A DNA stretch of 63,951 bases, filler included, from Nemertoderma westbladi (Eukaryota > Animalia > Xenacoelomorpha), in the NCBI GenBank assembly GCA_032718475.1. It is 3 parts of 3 records of this genome, joined end to end, with 100 filler letters (N's around TTAATTAATTAA, not from the genome) between each part and the next. Parts side by side here need not be neighbours in the genome. Positions count along the whole stretch, not along the records: positions 1 to 16,465 come from JAUCBJ010001344.1; positions 16,566 to 41,072 come from JAUCBJ010004598.1; 1 more part is not named here. One strand, 5' to 3'. The translations under genes were made by a program, and so were the position numbers. Below the pieces are notes generated by a model, which worked only from the letters and a program-made list of their open reading frames with translations, searched no databases and was not told the origin of the DNA. Shown one piece after another: positions 11,608 to 22,135 of this stretch; positions within the stretch are counted from its first letter, which is position 1, and every line of letters begins with the position of its first letter.

Positions 11608-14118
11608 ATGTTGTGTCTACGGAAGATGCTAAAGTGCCCAAAACTCTCCGATACCTCTCCTATAGCCCAATTCTATTACGCCAACAATGCGTTGCGTTTC
11701 GTTACGTCACAACTGTTGAAGAGTTACAACGATTCGAGCGGGTCGGCGGACGACTTCACCAACTTGGTACACGCGTTGCGTTCCCATCAGGACAAGGTCC
11801 TCGTACTAATCGGCAGGATCATAGAGGAAGCCTTACCGGAAGGCGGAGCCAACAGGGACTTCCGGGTAAAGTTCCCGGAGGACGTCCTCATGGATAATCT
11901 GTACGGACAGCTCTGGTTCGGAGCAGAGTGTCTGGTGTCCGGGTCCACATCGCTCCGGTGTCCGGACCACCTCAACAACTCGATTCGGTCCACCGCTTCC
12001 GACATGTTGGACGCCCTGCAACTCGTCCGAACCAAGATCGAACAGCAGGCACTCCGGAATCCCTCGAAATACCCCGAGAAACTCAAGAACCACCTGAGAA
12101 GGTTCGACGAGTTGTTTGCCGATTTCGAATACAGTTATATAAGTTCGTTGATCCCGATAAAGAGTTTGGTGGACTTGGACGTTCAGAAGGACGTGACCGT
12201 GCTGTTCTGTGAGACGGTTTCCCGCGCCCTGGAGAAGGGCTACCTGGTGCAGGAGGCCCTGGACGACTGCGACCCGGGACTCATGTTCACGATCCCGCGT
12301 CTCGCCATCGTCTGCGGCCTCGCTGTGTTCCCCGACGGCCCATTGAGTCTCGGCAAGGACTCCCGTTGTCCCGGGATGTTCACCCAGTTCGTATCCTTGC
12401 TCTTCCGAATCCGCGAGCTACTCAGACGTCTGTCGGCCTATGAACTCGAGGTGCTCGAGCGGTCGCTATGCAACCCAGCGGAGGCGTCGCAGTTGTTCGA
12501 TCGACTCCCGGACGACCCGCGGTTCCAGTTGGCTCCGTCGCTCGACTTCAACCTGCACGTCGACCTCCAGAAGGCGATGTTTGCGGCCCCTATCAGTCGA
12601 TCCATCCCTCCCTACTCCATAGGTCCCTCCATCCCGCCCTACTCGGCCCGAGGCTACTCCTTCGAGGACTCCTCTCTGGCCTGCCTCCCCGGTTCCAGCG
12701 CCTCTTCCACCATCGAGCGCGCCTCCCTCAGCACCAACGTCCTCCTCAACCTCACCGTCACTGTCGCCGAGGTTCACAGACCCCCGTCCTCCTCAACAGG
12801 TGAACCCTTGAGGATCTCCGTATCTAGTCAGCCTTCTCCCGCCGGCTCCCTTCACTCATACTTCCCTCCCAACTCCCAACCCTCACCCCCCAGCTCCCAA
12901 CACTCCCCTCCCAGCTCCCAACACTCCCCTCACAGCTCCCAACACTCCCCTCCCAGCTCCCAACACTCCCCTCACAGCTCCCAACACTCCCCTCCCAGCT
13001 CCCAACACTCCCCTCCCAGCTCCCAACACTCCCCTCACAGCTCCCAACACTCCCCTCCCAGCTCCCAACACTCCCCTCCCAGCTCCCAACATTCCCCTCA
13101 CAGCTCCCAACACTCCCCTCACAGCTCCCAACATTCACTGTCCAGCTCCCAACACTCAACTCACAGCTACCAACACTCACCTCACAGCTCCCAACATTTA
13201 CTCCCCAGCTCCCAACACCCACCTCTCAACTCCCAATACTCCACAACTGCCCCGCACCAACCACCACCCCCAGCCCCCATCGAACACCCTCACCCTCTCC
13301 CCACTTACCAACACTCGTCCGATCTCGACCCTCCCTCTCTCTGCCGGTCCCTCGTCCTCTCTGTTGTCGACTCGGTAACTCGTCCCGAACCGCCCAGACG
13401 ACCCCCCAGTTACCATGAGAACGAGACAGAGCGGCTGGAAGACCCCCCGGACTACACAACAGCGGTGAACGGCGGGGCAACGGTGTGGAACGGTCTGGGC
13501 AACCCAGCAACCATCGACGACGTTCCCTCAGACCCGAGCGGATCCCGTAGTCTATCTATATCTACAGTACAATCTCTGGACTCGGACCCTTCCACCGATC
13601 CGCTCCTACATCCCTCACACCGTCCCGACCAACCCGCCACCGTTAAGGATGTTCTCCACCGACTGTTTGTCTGTATATCCGGAGTGGCCGACCAGCTCCA
13701 ATCCAACTACCCCTCGGACCTCCGTGTCATCCTCAAGGAAGTATTTGCGGCGTCGGCTTCCCGCCAGCTACGCGACCTCACCCAGACACCCGATCTGTCT
13801 CTGTACTCCTCCGACGTGCGCAAACACTGCGGCATATCCACCGGGTTGACTCTATCCCGCTCCAGTCTCACTGGTACTACCAAGCGTTCTCCCCCCTCCC
13901 TCCCTTTCCTTTCCTCCTCCTGTTGTTCCCCCGTTTCCGGCCTTCTCTCACGTTCCCGTCCCCGGATCTGCTCTAACTGCGGTACCATATTCTACGTAGA
14001 TGTCCCTATTTATTCTGCCTTGTTGGTGCTGTGTTGTTTCGCTAAGCAGGGCTCAGCTATAAGTGTCTGCAACCAGTGTTGCTCACTGTTGCAACTCAGA
14101 GATGACAGTTATGTTTAG
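11608..14118 (+). CDS. ZFYVE28: Lateral signaling target protein 2 (Lst2/ZFYVE28) homolog; uninterrupted CDS; degenerate FYVE
   Basis: Family motifs MLCLRKMLKCPKLSD...AQFYYA, RDFRVKFPEDVLMDNLYGQLWFGAECL, LMFTIPRLAIVCGL and HRLFVCISGVADQLQSNYPSDLRVILK. A splice acceptor ttttttcag ends at 11585, so ATG 11608 is the likely start rather than the track's 11422. Confidence 0.9.
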   Translation: MLCLRKMLKCPKLSDTSPIAQFYYANNALRFVTSQLLKSYNDSSGSADDFTNLVHALRSHQDKVLVLIGRIIEEALPEGGANRDFRVKFPEDVLMDNLYGQLWFGAECLVSGSTSLRCPDHLNNSIRSTASDMLDALQLVRTKIEQQALRNPSKYPEKLKNHLRRFDELFADFEYSYISSLIPIKSLVDLDVQKDVTVLFCETVSRALEKGYLVQEALDDCDPGLMFTIPRLAIVCGLAVFPDGPLSLGKDSRCPGMFTQFVSLLFRIRELLRRLSAYELEVLERSLCNPAEASQLFDRLPDDPRFQLAPSLDFNLHVDLQKAMFAAPISRSIPPYSIGPSIPPYSARGYSFEDSSLACLPGSSASSTIERASLSTNVLLNLTVTVAEVHRPPSSSTGEPLRISVSSQPSPAGSLHSYFPPNSQPSPPSSQHSPPSSQHSPHSSQHSPPSSQHSPHSSQHSPPSSQHSPPSSQHSPHSSQHSPPSSQHSPPSSQHSPHSSQHSPHSSQHSLSSSQHSTHSYQHSPHSSQHLLPSSQHPPLNSQYSTTAPHQPPPPAPIEHPHPLPTYQHSSDLDPPSLCRSLVLSVVDSVTRPEPPRRPPSYHENETERLEDPPDYTTAVNGGATVWNGLGNPATIDDVPSDPSGSRSLSISTVQSLDSDPSTDPLLHPSHRPDQPATVKDVLHRLFVCISGVADQLQSNYPSDLRVILKEVFAASASRQLRDLTQTPDLSLYSSDVRKHCGISTGLTLSRSSLTGTTKRSPPSLPFLSSSCCSPVSGLLSRSRPRICSNCGTIFYVDVPIYSALLVLCCFAKQGSAISVCNQCCSLLQLRDDSYV
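12890..13235 (+). repeat. 21-nt coding tandem repeat (SSQHSPP/H) inside Lst2
   Basis: cagctcccaacactcccctcc/a repeated about 16 times in frame. Confidence 0.9.
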
Positions 14119-14441
14119 TTTAGTAGTTATTATTATTATTTTAGTCTGTTGGAATTTAGTGTTTGTTTAGTTGCTATTGTTTTAGTTTCTTGTCTCGTGC
14201 CTTTTTCGTACTATAACTGCCACTTTTGGGCATTAATTAGGTACATTGAACTGCTATTACGGGCATTTTAATGCGATCTCAATCGCCTTTACTACATACT
14301 TACTGCCAGTGAGATTTATTATACTAACTAACGAGCAGCTGTTGCATTATTTAACCGCAATATTATTTATCGTTTTGTAAACTGTTGCTATAACTCTGGT
14401 ATTTCATGTGTTTCTTTTCCATATTAAATGATTCACTAAAA

Positions 14442-14447
14442 AATAAA
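14442..14447 (+). terminator. Candidate polyadenylation signal of Lst2
   Basis: AATAAA about 320 nt after the stop codon, with ATTAAA at 14423. Confidence 0.4.
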
Positions 14448-15269
14448 TGAACAACCTGCAACTTTATCCGCAATCAGCTAGCTTTCAGAAGCAATTGTTC
14501 ACTACCAACCAATACCCTCACAACTAGTACCCTCTTACTCAGTTACATATAACTGGGCAGAGGAGAAAGGCCGATTGCTATTTTGGAATTTTAAGATTAC
14601 TTTGTATTTTCTGACAGTCGGTCTTATTGTCTGTTGTGTTAACTCAATGGATTTCACTACCGGAGCTTGAAGGATATGCCCGCACTCGTTATGTTGGGTT
14701 TTTAATGACATTCCACAAATATTTGTTTTACGAGATTATTTATAAATCACGGAAATGATTACAATAAACGTTTAACACGTTTACCTTTTTTTTATTCGTT
14801 GATAACTCAAGATATTGCCTTTTCTATTCGCAAATCCTGAAAATTTGGACATTATCAAATTAATAATTGTATATTTCATTGTAAGCGTGTGGAACCGGAA
14901 CGCTAAATAAATACAATCTCGATATTTTTTTCCAAGCCAGGGTAAATTGTAAATTATTGTCCGTCGGGTAAAATTTCCTCTGCAATTAACCAATCTGTAA
15001 TGTAATCTGAGTCAATCAAAATGATCAATTCACCTTTTGCATGTTGGATGTCTGCAGTGTAACGTTAATGTTACCATTATTGGCCTTGTTTATCTTGAAT
15101 CTTTATTTGGCATTACCTTTTGTGGAAAAGTGAATGTCACTTACAAAATTAAGCGTTAAGGGGGATGGGTACACCATTTTGGTCCAAAATTTTACGAAAT
15201 TATTTTTATGATCGATTATACTGCATGTTTAAATGGTGTTTCCAAATCTGAAAACCGCTATTTAATAGC

Positions 15270-16465
15270 TCTTTGGACACAGCGAATCCTATCATCCAGA
15301 TAGGATTCTCTGGATTCTCGCTTCAATGTCTGGTACTTGGACGATGGTAACATCGTTGACAACTATCGTACCGTTCTACATGACCTAGAGAAGCTGATCA
15401 AGGAGGAAAATGGATATGGGCTAACCATAAACCCAAGAGAGAGTGAGATATTCTTTCTGGGTCCCGAGTCAGAGGAGTCTCGCTCCCACATCAGATCCGT
15501 ATTTGACGCCATTTGCCATCATGGCATTAAGTCAGTACCCACCATTGGACCAGTTAACAATGCTGGGTTCTCCCATTACGGAAACTGCCATTTCCTCTTG
15601 CCTGACGAAGAAGGTGGGGGACCTCTCCACCCTCGTTAGCTGTCTTTGCTTGAGGCCCACCATCCTCCTTTTCCGTTTCTTCCTCCGGAGGAACTCGTTT
15701 ACCATTCCACGGTTAACGTACTTCCTCAGGACGGCACCCTGCTTCCGGTTCCCAGCGCTTCTCAGGGACTACGACCATATCCTCCCAGGGACCCTCCAAG
15801 AGGTCGCTAATACCAGTACTGGTGACCAAGCCTGGTCCCAGGCCTGCCCCCCAGCACGACTAGTTGGACTTGGATGGAACTCGGCCGTGCAGCTCGCACC
15901 CTCTTCCTTTTTGGCTTCTCTGGCTCCCTGCTCCGAGCTCTCCAACCATTTACACCAGTCAGAGGGGTCTCTAAGACCAGACCTGGAGTTGGCCCATGTC
16001 ATGAGCAACGCCTCCCTTCCTCAAGATTTATCACCCCCATCCACTGTGTCGAGTCAAAGAGCCTGGATGCTCCCAGTCCTCGGAGAGAATCTCGCCACTC
16101 TGCGACTCGTAGTTTTTCCCCTAAACCTCGCCCGTTTGAATTCCCTCGCTGACTCCGTCGCTGGCTGCTGGATCGATGCTCTTCCTAGCTCCTTATTAGG
16201 ACTTAAGCTCTCCTATTCCCTGTTCCGCTTCTCCGTCGCCACTAGCCTCGGATGCAAAGTTGTGGAACCACTGCGACAACACAACTGCGACCGATGTGGA
16301 AGCGCCATGGCGGCAATTGGCCTCCTTGGACTTTCCTGCAGGAGGAGCGCTGGCCGACACGCCCGTCATACGATGTTGAATGACATTGTGAGACGGGCAT
16401 TGGTCAGCTGTGGGATTCCCTCCATCCTGGAGCCCCCAGGCCTCCGCAGGAATGACGTGAAGAGG
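15270..16465 (+). mobile_element. Degenerate CRE-clade (restriction-like endonuclease) non-LTR retrotransposon, 5'-truncated and cut by the gap
   Basis: FNVWYLDDG RT motif, then after a frameshift LGSPI, PRLTYFLRT, AWSQA..P.R..GLG, WIDALP, CxxC...SCRRSAGRHARH and EPPGLRRNDVKR leading towards the expected PD motif. Confidence 0.75.
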
Positions 16466-16565
16466 NNNNNNNNNNNNNNNNNNNNNNNNNNNNNNNNNNN
16501 NNNNNNNNNTTAATTAATTAANNNNNNNNNNNNNNNNNNNNNNNNNNNNNNNNNNNNNNNNNNNN
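16466..16565. other. Artificial gap spacer N44-TTAATTAATTAA-N44
   Basis: Exactly 100 bp; the central 12-mer has stops in all six frames; identical to 41073-41172. Confidence 0.97.
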
Positions 16566-16804
16566 TAGGATCGGCATGCTGCATTGCAGCTGCATTTTTA
16601 AGAATGCTGTGCCGGCTTGTCAACAAAATTGCACCGCCACAACTCCCTATCACCCATGACATTTGCTAGATCATCCGCATCTTCAAGGCCAGTGTCCTTT
16701 AAGATGCGTCTCAAGAAAGTCATGGGCTGTCCACCATGCTTATTCACTCCATGAGGCTGCCAAAGTACAAGATTATGCACTGGCTGGTCCTCACGGCGAA
16801 AGCA
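16566..16804 (-). mobile_element. 3'-end fragment of the RTE family at 45418-47375
   Basis: Near-identical reverse complement of ~47128-47366 (HNLVLWQP...DKPAQHS*). Confidence 0.93.
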
Positions 16805-18904
16805 TCATACACCATCATATGCAACATCATATGGTATGTTGTAAACCAAACCCAGCATCCTATAGTGGATACGCAGCCAGGCGGTTATATGTTGAACTAC
16901 AGCAGGCAGTCAGAAGTTGGATAAGTTTTAGGTTGCATGATAAACCAAGTTAATAAACCACCATATATTTCACCTTTCTCAATTGTTCCATTAATAGCTT
17001 TGTGGCGCCGCTGGTTCTGATTATAGTGTCTGTTTATGAGGCGACAAAATGAGTTCGTAGGTTGCATCCGGTCCCCCCTGTATAGGTTATGGACTTCCTC
17101 CGGGCATTAAATTAAACCGGTCGTAGGTTTAGCTAGGCGCTTACACTATTAAGTAGACTCACCCAAACCCAATAAAATACTGTTAAATGGTTTTAAGAGC
17201 CCCATTTTGAGCCGCGCCCTGTGCAGTACAGTATAATAATATTTTAACACATAAACGTTTGGCTCGAGCGCATCAGTGGCAGGTTAGGGGAGACGAATGT
17301 GAGTAGGCCTACAGTGCTTTCTCGAAGTAGTTCTAATTCTAAATATCTAATTAAATTCTAGGAATTTCATTTCAGGTAATAAAATTATTGCTTAGTTTTA
17401 GATTAAATTTAATTTGTCAATCTAAAGAATCTAAATAACAGGCAACATACTTCAAACAATTCGCGTAGTTTTATAGGCCTAGATAAAAGTATCGCATCGC
17501 GAGGAATTTATATATTTTACGCGGTTGCGGTTCCGGTTCGCAAACTTGAGTTAAACTTTCCTCTCTCAGTAATCTCCTCTGATTATCCTAGGGATTTATC
17601 TCAATGATTGAGCGATTAACTTTACCGGAGTGCCACAATGTAACTCAATACAGAGTTGGGTAAGTGGCGAACGACAGGTTACAACACCGTTAGTAGATCA
17701 GCTCAACTACTCATTACTCTCGCGCAAACAAACAGAGAGATCCGCCAGGGTTACACAGGAATTTGCATATCAAAGGTTCTCTAAGAAATCGATTCTATTT
17801 CTAGTTAATGGCTTAACTGCCAGCCTATAGCTTAATCCTACCGTAATTACAGCTGGGTTATACACCCCATGCTTGCAACTTACTAGCAACTTCTCCAACA
17901 CACTTCTTCAAATTGACTTGTGTGTAGCTCGGTTGTTTGAATACAACAGTAATTACGCAGTGAGTGCGTCAAGTGCTCTACTACCCCTTTGAAGCGCATC
18001 GCTTCCCAAATCAACTTTATCGAAATACAATCGAATCTCATCTACTGGGGGGCTGATTGCGATGTTTTACGCTTTTGAGAAACTGAACTAACTATTGATT
18101 TTATAGTGCGCCAATTTATTTTGTATTGTAGACTTGTTTTCACTGGGTCGTATCAGCGGTGCGACTGTTGTTATCGCTTCCACGCGGGCGAACAAAAGAG
18201 CCTTACTTCAAAGTGAGATGGAAGGAATTGAAACAGGTCAACAAATTAGACACGATAGAAATTGTAGACATAATTGTTTTTATTTCCCGTTGCTACTTAC
18301 TTTAATTATGTATAACGATATCCATGAAATCAATCACGACCTCAAACAAGTCCATTTTCCGTAGATCACACTCCACTGCACCCCTTCGTCACAGCCTCAC
18401 AGATGGAATTCTTTAGCCCAGCAGTTTCAAAGGACTTCGGAATTTAGTTGGTACACAACTCAATCCGGGGTATCTGGACACACCCGTAGCAGTGCATTAT
18501 AATTTGTATTATCTTGGCTCCAACTTCTCCTTATTGGAGAGACATTCCAATTGCCGTGGTTACTGGAGCCTTTATCCATTAATCAATCACTTCAATTCCT
18601 ATTACTCGTCGGCCATTCTGTTGGAGGTGGGAAACCACTTACTACACTTAATTAATTTGAGGGGATGCAACCCACCCCCCCCCCCCCTCCCTTCATACAG
18701 AAGGGTTGAATCAAACCAAAACAATACTCGAATTGGTATATGTTAACGTACAGGTTATAAGATAGAAATATACGCTAAACTCACTTAATTAAATATGGAT
18801 AAATTAAAAAAAAATACAAATATTTTATATATAAAATTCCAATAAAATTTCGACCGTAAAGTGAAAGTCTGGTATTCTTCACGTGAGTATAAATATTGCA
18901 TTGC

Positions 18905-19531
18905 AACATCAGTCGCACTGCACTGCAAGCATTATCAGTCGCATTGCACTGCAAGCAGCATCAGTCGCACTGCACTGCAAGCAGCATCAGTCGCACTGCA
19001 CTGCAAGCAGCATCAGTCGCACTGCACTGCAAGCAGCATCAGTCGCAATGCAAGCAGCATCAGTCGCACTGCAAGCAGCATCAGTCGCACTGCAAGCAGC
19101 ATTAGTCGCACTGCAAGCAGCATTAGTCGCACTGCAAGCAGCATCAGTCGTCGCACTGCAAGCAGCATCAGTCGCACTGCAAGCAGCATCAGTCGCACTG
19201 CAAGCAGCATCAGTCGCACTGCAAGCAGCATCAGTCGCACTGCAAGCAGCATCAGTCGCACTGCAAGCAGCATTAGTCGCACTGCAAGCAGCATTAGTCG
19301 CACTGCAAGCAGCATCAGTCGTCGCACTGCAAGCAGCATTAGTCGCACTGCAAGCAGCATCAGTCGTCGCACTGCAAGCAGCATCAGTCGCACTGCAAGC
19401 AGCATCAGTCGCACAGCAAGCAGCATCAGTCGCACTGCAAGCAGCATCAGTCGCACTACAAACAGCATCAGTCGTCGCACTGAAAGCAGCATCAGTCGCA
19501 CTGCAAGCAGCATCAGTCGCACTGCAAGCAG
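18905..19531. repeat. 21-bp minisatellite (gcaagcagcatcagtcgcact)n
   Basis: About 28 copies, with 24- and 26-bp variants. Confidence 0.95.
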
Positions 19532-20069
19532 CTATGCCCTATTTATTATTACTAACATCAGTTGGTCAAGCCGATACTATATTATCTTTAAAGTAAAATA
19601 TGTACATAAGATACGATAAACAATTAAACACCAGGTCAAAAAGATAAACATTGGCTCCAGATAAATGATATTATAATAAAATGTGTAGTACATCAGGTGA
19701 TAATAACTATTTACATATTTGTGTGTAAAGTAGCACTTTACAGTGTGATGATCTGGGTGGCTTTGTTACACGAACGAACGTTAGTGAGTGAGTGAAAAAA
19801 AGCCACGAGGATCAGAACACTGTACTAATAACTATTTACATACTTGTGTGTAAAGTAGCACTTTACAGTGTGATGATCTGGGTGGCTTTGTTACACGAAC
19901 GAACGTTAGTGAGTGAGTGAAAATAAAGCCACGAGGATCAGAACACTGTACTAATAATAATTATTAAATGCTTGAGTTAATACAATTATTTTATTCTTTA
20001 ATTGTCAAGCTGAAGTAAAAAACCTTACCGGTAGGTATGCCAGTACAGTACGATACAAATACAAAAGAT

Positions 20070-21965
20070 TATTTCACCCGCGCCACTGATGCTGACAAAG
20101 TAAGTGTGTCACACCACTCCCAGAATTACGCCAGGTTAATGCGCTTACAGCGGCAGTCAGATGCTGTCGCTACAACCGCGCGTTACTTGAAGCAACAGGG
20201 CCTGATTGCTGTGCCTTTTGACAAGGGGAACGGCTATTGTGTTATGAGGAAGGAGTCGTATCTGACCAAGGCTGATACTCTCATCGCCGACCCCGCCAAG
20301 TTTGGTCCCCCTCCAGGCCGCCCGGGTGCTGTGAAGATCGATATTTACCGTCGTAGGGCCGAGGTTATACGGGACGAGGTCACCAGTATTGTGGGTAAGG
20401 AGAGTAAGGAACTCCTAGCCAAGTTACTACCGCGCAAGGATACTACTCCCCCGAGGCTGTATGGCCTCGCTAAGGTCCACAAGGCTGGTGTCCCCCTCCG
20501 CCCGATAACTTCAATGCCCGGCAGCATCTACCACCCTGTCGCTGAGTACCTCAGGGACATGTTGCAGGTGCTGCCAGAGCGTAGGATTGGTACTAACAGC
20601 GCCGGGGCTGCCGATCGTCTCGCCGAGCTGGAGGTAGAACCCACGGACCGCCTCTACTCCCTGGACGTAGTGAGTTTATTCACTAATGTTCCACTCAAGG
20701 AGGCGGTGCAGCTTGCTGCTGATCTACTGTACGAGCAACATCCTGACCAGCCTATCAACAAGGACCAATTTATTCGTCTTATGTTGGTTGCTACACAGGA
20801 TGTTGTATTCCTGGATCACCGTGGTAACTACCGTTGTCAGAGGGATGGTGTCGCCATGGGCTCCCCTTTGGGTCCCATACTCGCCAACATCTTTCTGTCA
20901 CAGTTCGATGAGCAGATCGCGGCCGGTACCAAGCTTAGCGATTGGTACGTTGATGACGTGTTTAGCGTTGGTAGTAATGACCCCACTGAGAAGCTGAGAG
21001 AGGTCAATGCCCTCCACCCCAATCTTAAGTTTACACTTGAGTAGGAGGAACAGGGCCGCTTGCCTTTCCTTGATTTGGTTGTGTCCCGTACTGACCACGC
21101 GCTTGCGACGGCGTGGTACCGCAAGCCTACAGATACCGGGCTTGTTCTTAATGCTACTGCGTGTGCCCCTGAGGCATACAAACGGGGGGTAGTTCGTGGA
21201 ATGTTTCATCGCATTTTCAACGTCAGTAAGGGCGGGGATGGCTCCCAGCTCCTTTCTGCAATTGGCGAAGCTAATACCATTCTTAGCAATAACCAATATA
21301 CGAATGCGATGATTCAACGCGAGCTTACCGCCGTCCGTGCCGCTAGGGGGCGTCCTGGCAATTGTAGTGAAAGCGAGGTGACTGCGGTTGCACCCACTGA
21401 GGTCATTGACCTGGTGGATCCAGCACCCGTAGATAATCCCAGGCCTATCATCTGTAAGTTTGAGTACCGCGGTCGGGCTACCGAACTTTTCGTCCGTAGG
21501 CTACTTTGTCTAGTACCGAGATCTTGCGCACGGCCAGTGTGGTTTGTTTACACAACTGCCAAACTGCGCCAATCACTGCCATCATTGAAACATCCGGTTC
21601 CCGATATTCTGGCTTCTAACGTCGTGTATTCATTTGCTTGTCCCTCTTGTAAGGGGGAATATGTTGGACATACCATCCAACACTTATTTGAACGCGTTAG
21701 ACAGCATCAAGACGGGTCGGCCAATGATGGTAGTGAACAAGGCAAGACAGTTCACAACCATATCATGACGCACCGCGGGGAGCCCAACACACGTTGGTTG
21801 ACTGACTGGCGAGAGTTGTTCAAACACTTCAAGGTTATTGCACGGCACCCTTTGCGTCCTGTCCTGCAAAAACTAGAAATGTTTTATATACGCACTCGCC
21901 AGCCAGCTATTAACAAGCAGAAACGTGATTGGCGCAAGTTTGAGGTGCTGCTTCCCAGTGGTTAG
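20070..21965 (+). pseudogene. Penelope RT / GIY-YIG endonuclease with a single in-frame stop at 21042-21044
   Basis: PRLYGLAKVHKAGVPLRPI, SLDVVSLFTNVP, GVAMGSPLGP, YVDD, FTLE*EEQGRLPFLD, NVVYSFACPSCKGEYVGHT...ERVRQH. Confidence 0.92.
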
Positions 21966-22042
21966 ACGGATACACTTCTACCTTGTTTCACTTTACCGTC
22001 CCGTCTCCCTTGGGAACTTCTATCTATTGTCTCCTTTCTAGC

Positions 22043-22135
22043 ACTAGCTACTTGAGAAAGCCCCCATTGGGGCGAAACCTACTGATCAGCTGACAGCCGT
22101 CAGCTGATTACTGATTGCATGCAACGTCTAATGGT
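22043..22135 (+). ncRNA. Candidate variant hammerhead ribozyme in the Penelope 3' repeat
   Basis: CUUGAGAAA + stem II GCCCC-cauu-GGGGC + GAAAC (22051-22078), with GUC at 22126-22128. Stem I pairing is weak. Confidence 0.5.

Noticed and set aside
18861-19619. ORFs with SSISRTA / ALQAASV repeats
   Set aside because: Open in several frames because of a stop-free 21-bp minisatellite; 26-bp variants shift frame; no unique coding flanks.
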